A DNA stretch of 64,000 nt from Takakia lepidozioides (taxonomy: Eukaryota > Plantae > Bryophyta). Every line of letters begins with the position of its first letter. The first letter of the stretch is position 1. The stretch is from positions 43,958,001 through 44,022,000 of the forward strand of contig CM060732.1 in the NCBI GenBank assembly GCA_030704615.1, read 5' to 3'. Below, one piece after another: positions 15,683 through 29,770 of the stretch. The position numbers and the translations under genes were made by a program. The notes beneath the pieces are model-generated. The model was not told the origin of the DNA, searched no databases, and saw only the letters and a program-made list of their open reading frames with translations.

Positions 15683-16517
15683 AAAATGGCACGATTATCA
15701 CTTTCCAAACCTCCACAAACAACATTGTGTTGGACATTTTTTGAACAAATTCTTCGATTGTATAAACACCATGTAGCTCCGAGAGGGCTTCCGAAGAAAA
15801 GTGGATTTGAATCATTTCGGCCACTTCATCAGTAGGCGATTATAAAGTTTGTGGAAAATGTTTCATGCTTGACGACGTAGATCCCTGGATGATATTTCAT
15901 AATACAACAAATAAGCAACCGAATCAAAGAAACAGTCTCCGACAATATAATGGTAATTGTGTACACGTTGCAAATTCTGATACTATAATATTAAATCTAT
16001 ATCTATATCCATATTAATGGTAATAATAAACTATATGTTTGGATCAATGAAGTTTGTAAAATTGAAAGCTGAAGTCTGTAAAACTGAAAGAGAAAAAATT
16101 GTAGCTGAAAATTAACTGACATGTCTGAATGAATGATTGACTGAAAATCTTACTGAAAACTGAAAACTGAAAACTGAAATTTGTATAACTGAAAACTAAA
16201 GTCTGTAATAACTCATAGCAATGGCAGCTTCCATAATATTGCATATGTAACAGCTCCCTTACGAAACTGTTGCACTAATCGTTCATATTCTGCATAAAAT
16301 TCTGGTAGAAAACTGAAATCTTTGCAAGAAAGTGCTGATGGTGTCTTTGTAAATGAAGTTGAGTACCGAATAAATATGACCTAAATGAATGACATAAATG
16401 AAAGACCTAAAAAAGAAAGACCAAAAGACTTTTGTTTTCGACCATTAAGTTTTGCAAAATCGAATAAATATAACCTAAATGAAAGACCCAAAAATGAACT
16501 ACCAAAAAAAAAAAACC

Positions 16518-17157
16518 TCTCATTTTTGAATAATTGGGAGTTTAAGGCGTAGATATACGCCAGGCAGCGGGTCCCATGCACGGACGTCGGGCGCCCCCGC
16601 GACCACCCCCGAGAGTCCGGGTCTGCTCGCCGCAGCCGGGGACTTAGAATTTTTTGCGGGAAAACTCGTCCATCAAAAAGAGGGTCATTAATACACATGC
16701 AGCGCCAGCCGGAACCATCATTAATGCACATTTGGCGTAGCCAAAGGTGAACTCACAACCTCATAGGTACCACTCAATGCGCCCAACCACCACACTACCC
16801 GTTGTTTGCTACTATCCCAACATTTTTTTTATGTCTTAACCTAGAAAATAGCCGCAGTCAGCCCCGATGCCGACTAGGGTCATGGCCTACGGACCCTACT
16901 TTGCGGCAGACCATACCTGGTGGCAGACCCATCCTCACGGCAGACCCACCCGGGCCGAGTCTCGCCTAGGGTCAGGGCCTACGGGCCCTACCTCGCGGCA
17001 GACCATACCTGGCGGCAGACCCATCCTTGCGGCAGACCCACCTGGGCCGGATCATGGGTTGTCGTGGCAAGGCCACCCATGGCGCCCGACATCTGGGCAT
17101 GGGGCCCACTGCCTGCACACACGTGAGCCTTAAACTCCCAATTATTCAACAATGAGA
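16518..17157. mobile_element. MITE-like element with 31-bp terminal inverted repeats and GC-rich internal tandem repeats
   Basis: tctcatttttgaataattgggagtttaaggc (16518-16548) is the reverse complement of gccttaaactcccaattattcaacaatgaga (17127-17157) with one mismatch. A ~97-bp GC-rich unit is duplicated at ~16875-17050. No clear TSD. Confidence 0.6.
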
Positions 17158-17599
17158 AGCAGAAAAAAAACCTAAAAATGAAAAACCTAAAACTTTTGTT
17201 CCATTAATTTCAAATTGTGTTTTCCTATACAGTACTCGTGTTTTTTTTTCCTAATTTCTGTAAAACCGAACAAATTTTGGGACGTGCAAAGGTTTGATCC
17301 CATAATTTTTACCACCCAAGATCGATGCTCTATACCATGAAGTCAGCGCCAATCATCATTGAATAATAAACCATTCTAAAATTTGTATATTATAGGTTTT
17401 GTTCCACTATTTTTTTTTTCATGAAACAAATGCTTAAATTCAGCAAAAAGTTCAATCCTAGAATATCAAGTCCATGCTAATTATTAAGCATCATTGAATA
17501 TGAGTCTATATATCATAATTTTTGTTCCACTAATGGTTTTTATGAAACTACTGCTTATTTCTGCAAATGTAGCAGGATTTGACCCCAAAATCATTTGGA

Positions 17600-19920
17600 T
17601 GACACATATTGTGTTAGCTAGTGGAGGTTCTTAGCGTGGATATTATCTAGTGTAGGTATTATCTGGTGTAGGTACATCAGGATCCTCGCTCATTTCAGCA
17701 CTGATGTGTGGTCTCCTCTTAAAGGAGGAGCCAATAAACAAATAGTTCATCGCCCAATGGCTCCTCCTCTTATTGAAAAACTATTTTATTTCTTGGTAGT
17801 TGTGTGTTGGCAAGAGGTGGAGGTGAAGACATTGAGACTGATGGAAGGGAGTTTGACAGCAACCCTGAATGTCTAGTCACTTGGTTGTTTTCTGATTCAT
17901 GCTACAGCTGACTGACAGTATATCAATGTCACAAGTCATTGCCTTCACTACCCTAGGCCCTGCATTAGAAGGGTTTCCTTTTTATGGCAGCATTTGCTCT
18001 GGGATCTTTCTGTAGATAATTGTTGGATAGTCATGTCTCAGATAGACGAGTATGAGCATATCAGATAGTGGAGTGGCTAGTTGAACTTCTCTCATAAAAG
18101 AAGCAGTTTTCACTTAAGGTTGAGTGTATGTCATTGGGTGATAAGAATGTCAGTGGTCATTGAGTGCTGTTGTGTAGCCATCTTCCCAGGGTGTCATCCT
18201 TTTGGGTTCCACTGTGAGCATTGTTATTAGTTGGGTTTATGCTAGCATTAAGGTCATGATAATCATCCTCATTTCACGCAGTTAACTAAATAGACAAAGA
18301 CAGCTTTGTGCTTGGAATTAGGGCATATGAACACATTTCGTCTTATCTTCCTATTGATGATAGCTAGGGTATAATTTGATAATTAAAGTGTAGGTCGAAT
18401 GCAAGTGTCGAGGGAAACACGGAAGGCATGTAAAATAAGACAATGATGCTAGGGTTGTGGGGTGTTTGGTCACGAATAGGGCGATTTTTCATTCAGGCAG
18501 GATAAAATTACGTTTTTTTTCTTACAGGTGGATGACGACTGGAAGGATGTTGGGGAATGAAAAATGGGAATGAAATAATGATTTTTTTTAATTGCAGGTG
18601 GATGACGAGATGGAAAGATGTGGGAAGTGAACAAGGGATGAAATGATCATTTTTCATTAACAAGTGAGATGAAAGAGAAGAATTTGCATCAAACAGTTGG
18701 CATGGATAAGAGGGAACAGCAGTGAAGACAAAATACAACATGCTATTTATTAAGTGATAAATTACCAGTCGGTAATGAAGCGATAGGGTTGGGTCCACGT
18801 ATCTTAGTATATATTTTTGTACTATAAGTCAAAGGTAGTCACATGGCGCAGAGGGGGATAACACCCGGTGGCCATTGGAATTCTAGTAATATTTGTCTCT
18901 TATATTTTATATCATAGTTAGTCATACAGCCAGGTTCAGTGGAAGTGACGGCGAGCATTAAATAACTTAGAAGCTTGCTTTATCTTTATAAGCAAAGACA
19001 CAAGACATACTCGCTCTCTCTGTTTGGTATGCACTTGGGAAAGAAGGAAGCTCGAGTTATGTAAGTAAAGGTATCAAACAAGCTATGCTTTTATCAAAGG
19101 TTGATCAAGTGAATGGTGTGATGTTTGAAAAGTGTAGTGTTTGAGTTAAATGAGTTATTTTCATGCAGAAGTAGCCATGATAACAAACAATCAGTAGTCT
19201 GATCTTAGAGTAAACATAAACTTAAACAAAATGATGGAGTTTAGCATCTATTCACTACATCATAAGACAGAAGATCGTGGACAAGCGACTCGATAGAAAG
19301 AGGATGTAGTAAATATTATCTGGAAAGTAGTTGGACCAGAAGTCTTTGGATTCCAAAGGGCACATATCTACATGCAACTCTGACTAAGGGAAGCTTGGTG
19401 GTCAGAACTGTCAACAATGAAGGTGGACCATGGAGAAGTGGACTGGGAAAATGTCAGTTGAAGGCCAATGAATCCAACCGAGGATGATGTCTCTCTTGAA
19501 CAACGACACAGTAGATGTCTTGCAAGTAGTTGTCTTGTATACCCCTATCTTTTGGCTTTCTCTTCCGCTACAGTTATAAAAGTAGGTGGTGATCTAACGG
19601 ATGAAGTGACATGGGTATTAGGCTCCCTCTATTTTTTACTTACAAAAGACTCATGTGATGCATTTCATAACTGCATAAAGCTCAACAAATTTACATTGGA
19701 ATGGTAAAGGTCATGCCCCACAAACAAAGTGAGCAAAAGATAATGAGTGCATGATAAGATATGAGAGTGTCGGACGGGCATTAGAAAGTGGAAGATACTT
19801 TGCATTATGAAATTGCCATGAGACTAGGTATTTATCACTGGAAACGGGAGCTTGAGGGTTAATGTATGCAGCGTAGGTTCACATACCTCTAATCATACTA
19901 TTAACCTAAGCGTATAACTT
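17600..19920 (-). mobile_element. Possible highly degenerate Ty1/copia pol remnant
   Basis: Only weak traces on the minus strand (LHVDMCP..YYILF..SR; TLRSDY) resemble copia integrase motifs. Many stops. Confidence 0.3.
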
Positions 19921-20269
19921 GTGGAGCCCATTTCTTTTCACACCACAACATGTTGAGTATATAGATGTTTATCGAGTTAAATTATTTTTAAGCACAAAAA
20001 AATAATAGCATTATTATTGAGCATGAATATTATTTTACATTAAAAAATTACTACCATTGCTAAGGTTGCACACTGACGTGACGTTCGGTCGTGGCATGTT
20101 ATGTCGGATCTGACCATGGTTGGACAAAGTGGCGTGAAAAATTGACTTTTGGTTGTGTAATGTTTTTTAAAATTGAACAATTACATTGCAGAGTTTTTCA
20201 TAATACCACATAAACTGCCATGTCATATTTGGTGCTCCGAAATTTTAAGAAATATCTTTAAAAAAAATT

Positions 20270-21040
20270 CAGATCGATGAATCTAGCGGTCCCAAAAAAT
20301 TTAAAAATAATTTAATAAATCGGGACCGCCAGCTCTGACGGTGTCAAATTTTCAAAACAATATAAAATAAATCGAGAGTGTCAGCACTAGCGGTCCCAAT
20401 TTTCAAGAAGACATTTAATAAATTCAGGACCGCCAGTTCTATTGGTCCTAATTTTAACCAAAAAATTCAATAAATATGGATCATCAGCTTAGACAATCCC
20501 AATTTTTGAAAAAACATCGAGACCAACAGATCTGACGGTCCCATACAGCTTTGGCGATTTTGATTTTTACATAATATATAATACAACATAACCGCCAGCT
20601 CTGGTAGTCCCAATTTTTTTGAATGAGATATTTAATCAAATGGAACTGTCGGCTCTGACACTCTTGAGTTTTTTTTTTTTTGCCAGATACATTGGGATTG
20701 GTTTTTCTTTTTTTTTGTCTTTTCTATGTTTAAAATCGGAACTGCTAGAACTGGCATTCCGCTCGATTTTTATATTCATTTTTTTTCTACATAAAATCGA
20801 GATTACTAGCTGCTGGTGGTCCCCGATTTTATTGAAAAAATAAACGTGATGATCCTGATTTATTGAAGAAACAAATGGACCACCAACTCTAACGATCTCA
20901 ATTTTTATTTATTTTTAACAATTTAGACCCGGATCTGGTAGTTCTGATTTTAATTTGTTTTTACAATAAATTTGAGAGTATGGTCTGGCAGTCCTCAGTT
21001 AATTTTCTTAAAAAAATAATTGGGACCGCCAATTAACATT
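20270..21040. repeat. Array of degenerate GGGACCGCCAG...CTGGCGGTCCC hairpin units in AT-rich linkers
   Basis: gggaccgccagctctgacgg, ctagcggtccc, ggaccgccagttctattggtcc and similar units recur about every 50-60 bp. Confidence 0.55.
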
Positions 21041-21609
21041 CTAGAAAGTCCAACTAATTGCTTTTTCATTGAAACCTACAACTTGGTCTATTATTTTAGC
21101 TTGTAACCTATACTAGAAAATTGAATAATGTCGGTTATCATGAACATGGACCCATTAATCATAATGATTAAAATCCTAATGAGGTCTGGATGAATGGTGG
21201 ACGAAAACATTCATCCGGACCTACATCTTCCACCACCTGCTCTCTATCCCACTACCTCTACAGGTGCAGCATCGACGTCTAAAGTCATGCAGCCCCGCAA
21301 CTCTAGTGACTCATAAGGTGAGTGTTTATGTATTTATTAAAAAATTATTATTTTGCTCCGTGTTTTGTTTTTTTTTCCTCCCCCTCTCTTTCTAAGAGGA
21401 GGAGATCTGCGCGTGAGTATCTCAATGTTTATAGGAAAATATTTCAGTTAATGAATTGGTGATGTTTTTTTCTACATTCATACTTTTTCACTGAGTTGGT
21501 AATTCTTTTTTATGCAAATATGGCGTGTAAAGTGCAAATATGCAGTCTTTCAATCAGTATTGGCAACACTAGACCCTAACTAATTGCAGCAACAACATCT
21601 TTCATAATC

Positions 21610-21878
21610 TGTCAAATAAAGTTTACTAGTAGTGTGAAATTGGCCAATAAACAACTAGTTTTTATATATGACTGATCCAAGTGTCAATCTAGAGGTCAAG
21701 ATATTTGTTGGCCCCTGGACAGGGTTTATCTTCACGGCGAACGCACGGTGAGGCTCATCTCTCGAGTTGAGCCTACCGTGTTGGCTATGGCGCGCGTAGT
21801 GCAGATTCCCCATAGCTTTTGGGGTGTGTTTGGCTTGACTCATAATGTATGAGTGACGGTGTCTAGTTTTTATTATCA
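21610..21878 (+). repeat. Partial copy of the LTR-like sequence at 47892-48256
   Basis: tgtcaaataaagtttactagtagt...ggtgtctagttttttattatca matches 47892-48171. Confidence 0.75.
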
Positions 21879-22019
21879 CTCGAGAGATATGACTATCTAG
21901 CTTTGTAGTGCTATGCTAGATAGATTCTTTGTTTTAACACTATGTCTTAAAATAAGGTTTGAAGCATGACTGACAGCCAGACCCGGTTATCAGCGTCACG
22001 TCCGCCAGTGAGCGTCAGA

Positions 22020-23095
22020 CAAAATTGACGGTCGCATTGGCGGTCGTCTAATTTAAAAAAGAAAAATAGCGACATCCGTATTGGCGATCACATAATTTTG
22101 AAGAAAAAAAAAAAAAAAAAAAAAAACCGCCAAAATTGGCGGTCACTTAATTTCAATAATATATAAAAAAAACAAACGACCGCCATAATATGGTGGTCGC
22201 TTTATTTTTCAAATATATTAAAAAAACCAGTGACCGCCATAATATGGCGGTCGCTTTATTTTTAAAATATTAAAAAAAAACCAACGACCGCCATAATATG
22301 GCGGTCGCTATATTTTAAATATATTTAAAAAAACCAGGAACTACCATAATATGGCGGTCGCTTTATTTTAAATATATATATATATATAACCAGCGACTGC
22401 CATAATATGGCGGTCGCTTTATTATTAAATATTAAAATATTTTAATTTCAGACAATACAGCGACCGCCTGTAATGGCGATCGCATTTATTTTTTATTTCT
22501 TTAAATAGAGCGACCACCATTATTGGCGGTCGCTTTTGTTTTTGTTTTTTAAAAATAGAGCTTGTATATTTTTAATTTTTGAAAATGCAGCGACCGCCAG
22601 TAATGGCGATCGCTTTTATTTTTTATTTTTTTAAATAAAGCGACCGCTAGTATTGGTGGTCATTTTTTTAATTTTTTTTAAAGACTGACCGCCATTACTG
22701 GCGGACGCTTGTATATTTTTAATTTCTGAAAATGCAACGACCGCAAGTATTGGCGGTCATTTTTTTTATTTTAAAAATTTACGATGGCCATTACTGGCGG
22801 TCGCTTGTATATTTTTAATTTCTGAAAGTGTTGTGATTGCCAGTAATGGCGGTTGCTCTTATTTTTTATATTTTAAACCGTTAATGGTGGTCGCTTGTAT
22901 ATTTTTAATTTCTGAAAATGCTGTGACTGCCAGTAATGGGAGTCTGTTTTTTTTTGTTTTTTTTTTAATAGAGCGACCACCGTTACTGGCGGTCGTTTTC
23001 ATTGTTTAATTTGTTAAATAGTGACCGCCATTACTAGCGGTCGTTTTTTTGTTGTTTTTTTAAAATGTTGTGACCGCCATGGTGGCGGTCGCTTC
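22020..23095. repeat. Array of GCGACCGCC-N(3-8)-GGCGGTCGC hairpins (left subterminal-type array)
   Basis: About 20 palindromic units separated by AT-rich linkers. Confidence 0.85.
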
Positions 23096-23130
23096 TAGAA
23101 GGTGTGCATTACGCGTCGACTGAGGAATGA

Positions 23131-23133
<3 letters not shown>

Positions 23134-23162
<29 letters not shown>
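23134..23162 (+). repeat. Poly-G tract
   Basis: Run of ~29 G. Confidence 0.9.
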
Positions 23163-23165
<3 letters not shown>

Positions 23166-23560
23166 ATAAGCCAAGGGAGGCTCATTCTCCCATCACTTCC
23201 TCTCTACACAACTTATGTGTGCGTGGCATGTAACTATTCCACGACACGTAGTCACGTGGAGAAGGAGGCCATTGGCTGGGGGGGATTTTTTTTCCGCGCG
23301 ATTTCTGTGAAGTCGTTGCAGAATGCTCCTATAGCCCCTCCTCTGGCTTCCGAGAACATTTCATTCTACAAAATTAGCTTTTAATAACTATTATGGCACT
23401 TATTCAAACCCGTTTCGTGTTAAGGGTTTAGGATCAATTATAATTTTCGATCGAGATCGCAATTCTTTAGTACTTAGTCATTTCCACGTTTGCTTCAGTA
23501 GTGTTTATTTTTCCGTTACTTATTAGTAAACGTCGTTTAGGGTTGCTCCGATTGTTACAA

Positions 23561-24420
23561 AATGGCAGAGGGCCAAGACGATGAGCGTCATGGAAGAGAT
23601 GACCCCTATGAACATGGACCGCCCCTTAAGAAAATCAAATGATCAAGGCATGACTTGAATTGGGAAGTACATGATGACCCTAGCATACTAGCAGAAGAGG
23701 GATATGAGGATTTTCCGGAATAGTTCAAGTGGCCGAGCACGAGAGGCAAAAAATTCGTGAAATGGTGTCACATCAATCAATTGTGGCCTAGACTTAGGCA
23801 TGTGGTGCAAACCAGAAACAATTGCGTGGACTCCAGGTCTTGCATGAACTTGCATTTCCAGCATATGGCGACTGAGGTGCATTGCACATTGTAAGGTGAA
23901 CCACTCTTAAAGGGCTAAATCCCGTACACATTGGCAACCATGTTGTACGTGGAGGTGATACTGTTGCGTCCAATGAATTGGCAAACTGCTAGTAGGAGGA
24001 ACGCAACGATGCAATATCATTTCGTCGACATCCCGAACACGTTTGGAACACCCCCGGCTACGATATTGGGCATGCAGCGAGGGGCACCGGATCCCAAGGC
24101 TATGATATGGCATGCCCGAGCACCGTTGTTTTTGTGTAACAAGTATCTGGAACGTTAGAGGATGAACTGGTGGAAACAAAACAGCGAGTCCGAACCCTAC
24201 AGGAACTTGTGGAATGGCAAAGACTGCGTATAGCCGAGTTGGAGGTTACATTGCAAAACACGCCTCGAAACAATGAAGACACTGTCCCCAATGACGTTTG
24301 AACGAATGACGTGGATATGTCCGCGGAGTTTACAATGTCAGATCACAGTATTGACCGCATCATTGCTGGAATTACGGACGTCCTTTGACCCTCACCACGT
24401 CGTGAGATTCTGCAAGAAAG
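23561..24420 (+). pseudogene. Degenerate coding-like region of unknown, probably transposon-associated, protein
   Basis: MAEGQDDERHGRDDPYEHGPPLKKIK*... continues through several stops into a coiled-coil-like stretch (LEDELVETKQRVRTLQELVEWQRLRIAELE). No family recognised. Confidence 0.3.
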
Positions 24421-25009
24421 TCAACTTTCACCGCAAAGTATGTGGATGCTGACCAGAATTGATCACATGTCATTGGGCCCCTCATTAACCATGAGATCAC
24501 GGTCCCAAGCTCTCCGTATTGGCAGTGCAAATCAGGCCACAACATCACATCTCTTGTCCCCGGATAGTGACGACGAGGATTCGAATGAGTAGCAACGTAG
24601 TACATAGACAATGTGGATTTTTGTTATACCTTGAATTTTTGGAACATACTGAAAGCACTCCGTCAATTTTGTATATGCACCAATTTTGTTAATACACATG
24701 TGCGGGACTTGCAATTTTCAATTGCATGAGCAGCGTAACGCGTTTTCTTCCGGTTTTGCACTCATGTGATGGGGAAGAAGTGGATCACCCTCAAATTTAC
24801 AATGGTATAATATTTGGTCATGACGTGTATGTGGGTATCTGCAATGAACTCCGAAAGATGGATAACAAGGAAAATAGATGTTAACCAATAAGTTATAATG
24901 AGTTACGAATGCTCGTCTTCTTGACAAATTTCGCCTACTCTCGTATTTCATAATCATGTCGAAAATTCGATCTACGTATGAAGAACATACCCACAAAGTT
25001 AACGAAGCA

Positions 25010-27995
25010 CAATATAATTTCGATTGATCTCATATTACTCTGGGACCTGTCAGATGGTATATTGGACATACTGGCCAAGTTTCGAAGTGAATAAAAATCA
25101 TTTAGATGGGCAATCATCCATTCGCCCATTGGACAAATTTCGTTTCATCTCATATTACTCTAGGTCCACTTAAAATCGTTTGGATGGGCAACCATCCGTT
25201 CAGCCATCGAATGAATTTTGATTGATCTCATATTAGTCTGGGACCTGAGAGAGAGTGTACCGAATGTACTCACAAAGTTTAAAAGCAAACAAAAATGATT
25301 TGGATGGACAACCATCCGTTCAACTGTTGCATGAATTCCGTTTGATGTGCTATTACTCTGGGACTTATTGGATGGTGTTTCGCGTGCACATGATTTTTCT
25401 TTCATTCTATTTTTTAACCATGTGTCTAATGATGGCATATGCAACGTGCGTGCCAAATTTCATAGTGAACAAAAGTCATTTGGACCCAAAACCACAGTTT
25501 CTTCCCTAATTTGCACTCCAAACTAGAACGTTTTTTTTTTTTTAAATCATTTTTGTTTGGTCCAAATTTTTGTAGGGATTTAGCGGTGGGAAAGTTGAAG
25601 CTAGAAAACAAGATTGAGCCAAAAATAAAATTGTTAGGTAGCAGAAAACCCCAATCAAAGACAATGTAGACTTGTTTATTTGCTTGAAATTCATTTAAAC
25701 TCAATTTAATTGTAAATTGATGGAAGGGCGAGGGCGTGGTTGGGGAGGTAAATGTTTGTTTCTTCTATTGGTTCTCCGCATATGTGTTGCACACATATTC
25801 AAGCACATGCGGACAAAAGATGGGCCTCAACCTCATCCGTTCAATGGGTACATTGACTGTTCACCCATGACATGATTTTTTTTTCGCAATGAACAAAATT
25901 GGATGACACATGAACGCCTCATTCGCCCATTGAATGAATTTCAATTGATCTCATATTACTCTGGGACCTGTAAGATGGTACATTGGACATACACGCCAAG
26001 TCTCGAAGAACGAAAATCATTTGGATAGGCAACCATCTGTTGGCCCATTTGATTAATTTCGTTTCATCTCACATTACTTTGAGACCTCTTAGATGGTACA
26101 TTGAGCACACTGACAAAGTCTGAAAGCGAACCAAAATCGTTCGGATGGGCAATCCCTAATTTGCACTCCAAACTTGATTTGTCTTTCTACTAAATGTACT
26201 CTTCACAAAAGAGTTCTGCAATAATGAACGAAGAGAACACTTTTAGAAATTTTTATTTTTGTTTGGTCCAAATTTTTGTAGCGGGTGAGAGGGTTGAAGC
26301 CAGAGAACAAGATTGAGCCAAAAATAAAACCGTTACGTCGTAGAAAACCCCAATGTAAACCTATTTATTTGCTTGAAATTCATTTAAACACAATTTAATT
26401 GCAAATTGGTGGAAGGGCGAGGGCGTGATTGGGGAGGCAAATGTTTGTTGTTTTTCTTGTTTCTCCGCACATGTATTGCGCACACATTTAAGCACATGCG
26501 GGCAAAAGATGGGCCTCAACCTCATCTGTTCAATGGGTGTATTGGCCGTTCACCCATGACAAGATTTTTTTTTTTTTGTAGTAAGCAAAATTGGATGACA
26601 CGTAAACGCCTCATTGGCCCATTGAACGAATTTCGATTGATCTCATATTACTCTTGGACTTGTCAGATGGTACATTGGACATACTGGCCAAATCTCGAAA
26701 CGAACGAAAATCATTTGGATAGGCAACCATCCGTTGGCCCATTGGACGAATTTCGTTTCATCTCTGGGATCTTGGATGGTACATTGAGCACACTAGCAAA
26801 CTCTGAAAGTGAACCAAAATCGTTCGGATGGGCAACCATCCGTTCAGCCATCAAATGAATTTCGATTGATCTCATATTAGTCCAGATTGAGCCAAAAATA
26901 AAATCGTTACGTAGCAGAAAACCCCAATCAAAGACAGTGTAAACGTATTTATTTGCTTGAAATTTATTTAAACACAATTTAATTGTAAACTGGTGGAAAG
27001 GCGAGACGTGGTTGGGGAGACAAATGTTTGTTGCTTCTCTTGTTTCTCCGCACATGCGTTGCACACATATTCAAGCACGTGCGGGCAAAAGATGGATCTC
27101 AACCTCATCCGTTCAACGGATGCAGTACCCGTTCACCAATGACATGATTTCTTTATCGCAATGAACAAACGTGGATGAGAAGCGAACGCCTCATTGGCCC
27201 ATTGAACGAATTTCGATTGATCTCATATTACTCTGGGACCTGTCAGATGGTACATTGGACATACTGACCAAGTCTCGAAACGAACGAAAATCATTTGGAT
27301 GGGCAACCCTCCGTTGGCCCATTAGACGAATTTCGTTTCATCTCATATTACTATGGGACCTCTTAGGTGGTACATTGAACACACTGACAAAGTCTGAAAG
27401 CGAACCAAAATCCTTTGGATGGGCAATCATCTGTTCAACCATCGAATGAATTTCGTTTCATCTCATATTAGTCCGGGACCTGATCATGATATATTGAACA
27501 TAGTGGCAAAGTTTGAAAGCAAACAAAAATCATTTGGATGGTCAACCATTCGACCGCCATTTTTTGTCGCAATGAGCAAAACTTCATGATAGGTGAACGC
27601 ACCGTTGGCCCATTGAACGAATTTCGTTTTATTTTATATTACTCTGGAACCTGTGAGACGGTATACTGAAGACGCTGCGGAAGTGTCGAATCAAACAAAA
27701 ATCATTTGGATGGGCATCCATCCGTTGGCCCATCAAACAAATTTCGTTTTATTTCATATTACACTGGGACCCGTCTTATGGTATGTTAAAATACTGGCAA
27801 AGTTTGAAAGCAAACCAAACTCATCTGGATGGGCAACCGTCCGTTGGGCCATTGAACGAATTTCGATTGACATCATACTCGTACGGGACTTGTGAGACGG
27901 CGTACTGAACATACTGGCAAAGTTTGAAAAGAAACAAAAATCATTATGATGGTCAACCATCCGTTGTCCTGTCAAATGAATTTCGTTTCATTTCG
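25010..27995. repeat. ~120-bp tandem satellite with higher-order ~650-720-bp blocks
   Basis: The unit atttcgattgatctcatattactctgggacctgtcagatggtacattggacatactg...aaaatcatttggatgggcaaccatccgttggcccatt recurs more than a dozen times. The longer block cagattgagccaaaaataaa...ggaagggcgagggcgtg...gatgggcctcaacctcatc occurs at ~25610, ~26310 and ~26885. Confidence 0.85.
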
Positions 27996-28169
27996 TATAG
28001 GGGGGTGTGCTTTAATTGCGGGAAAACTAGGCACATGGCCAAAAAGTGCCCGAAACCCCAACAGTTGAACATGATAACGGCGACTACGGAGCTTTCCGAA
28101 GACTCCATCAACCGCTTGGTGGAGGCAGTGGTCGCCAAGACTTTGCAAGGTAGGCGACTACACGTGTGA
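27996..28169 (+). mobile_element. Gag zinc-knuckle fragment
   Basis: GVCFNCGKTRHMAKKCPKP (CX2CX4HX4C). Confidence 0.55.
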
Positions 28170-28254
28170 GCTGTTCCAGAAGGCTGGAGCATCACGTAGC
28201 GGAAGCGGCTTCATGTTCATAAGTAAAATTTTTTTTGGAATTAACGTGTCGTTG

Positions 28255-29770
28255 TTGTATAGGCGGTCGGTTCATTTTTTTTAAAATACAAAAAAGAGCG
28301 ATCGTCATTGGGCGGTCGCATCATCTTTCATATATACCAAAAAGAGCGACCACCATATGGTGGTCGTTTTATTTAAAACAAATACCTAAAAGAGCGACCG
28401 ACGTATTGCCGATCGCTTCATTTTAAAAAAAAACAAAAAAGAACGACCGCCATAGGGCGGTTGCTTCACTTTTTAGAAAAACTTAACAGAGCGACCGCCG
28501 TAGTGGCAGTCGCTTCATTTTTATTTTTAAAGAAAAAAAGAGACAGCCATTGGGCGGTCGCTTCATTTTTAAAAAATATATAAATTAAAGAAATTCTTAA
28601 AAAAAACGAGCGTCCGCCGAATTGGCGGTCACGTCAGTTTCTTATAAAGCGAAGAACAGCGACCGCTGTATAGCGGTCGCTACAGTGTTTTATTTTTATT
28701 TATTTTAAATAATTATTTAAAATTAAAATTAAGTTTATTTTTAACAAAAACTTAAAAGAGCGACCGCCGTTATGGCGGTCGCTTCAATTTCTTAAAAATC
28801 GAAAAAGAGCGACTGCCATAGGGCGGTCATTCAGTGACTTCATTTTTTATTTGAAAAAAACTTCATTTTTTAAAATATTAAAATTTTATTTTGTTTTCTA
28901 AAAAAAACTTATAGGAGCGACCGCTGTATTGGCGGTCGCTTCACTTTCTTCAAAAAGCCAAGAAGAGCAAATGCCGTATGGCGGTCACTTCATTTGTTTA
29001 TAAAAAAACTTAATTTAAAATTTAACTATTTAGTTTTTTTTTTAAACAAAAAAAAAACAAAAAAAACCTAAAGGAGCGACCGCCGTATTGGCGGTCGCTT
29101 CAGTTTTTTAAAAAGTGAAAAAGAGCGGCCTCCATATGGCTGTCGCTTCAACGAAAATGAGCGACCACCGTAGTGGCGGTCGCTTCATTTTTTTAAATTT
29201 AAAAAAAAACGACTGCCATATTAGCGGTCGCTTAATTTTATTTATTTTTAAAAATAGAGCGACTGCCGTAGTTGCAATCGCTTCATTTAATTTTCTTAAA
29301 AAAAAGAGCCGTTGCCCCTAAATGGTGGCCGCTAAATTAAAAAAACAAAACGAGCGAACGCCACTTGGCGGTCGCTGCATTTTAAGAGATAACAAATAAA
29401 GAAACGACCGCCAAACGGCGGTCGCTTAATCTTAGAATTCAAAATAAAAATATGCGACGGCCGGCGAATGGCGGTCGCTGTATTTTCTTAAATATTTTTA
29501 AACTGCGATCGTGGCGGTCTCTTAATTTTTAAAATTAATAATTTTTAAGCGACCACCAATATAGGCCGTTGCTTAATTTAAAATATAAATTACAAGCGAC
29601 CGCCAATATGGGCGGTCACTTCATTTAAAACTTCATATAGTATCGGGAACCACCAATAAGTCAGTCATTTAATTTAACAAAATATTAAATTACAAGCGAC
29701 CGCCAATATGGGTGGTCACTTGATTTAAAAAATAATAACTTTTAAGGGACCGCTAATATGGGCTGACGTA
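28255..29770. repeat. Array of GCGACCGCC..GGCGGTCGC hairpins (right subterminal-type array)
   Basis: More than 20 units such as gagcgaccgccgtattggcggtcgcttc, with AT-rich linkers. Confidence 0.85.

Noticed and set aside
22020-29770. CRISPR-like appearance of regularly spaced palindromic repeats
   Set aside because: The repeats are degenerate with variable loops, the spacers are low-complexity A/T runs related to each other, there are no cas genes, and the context is eukaryotic.
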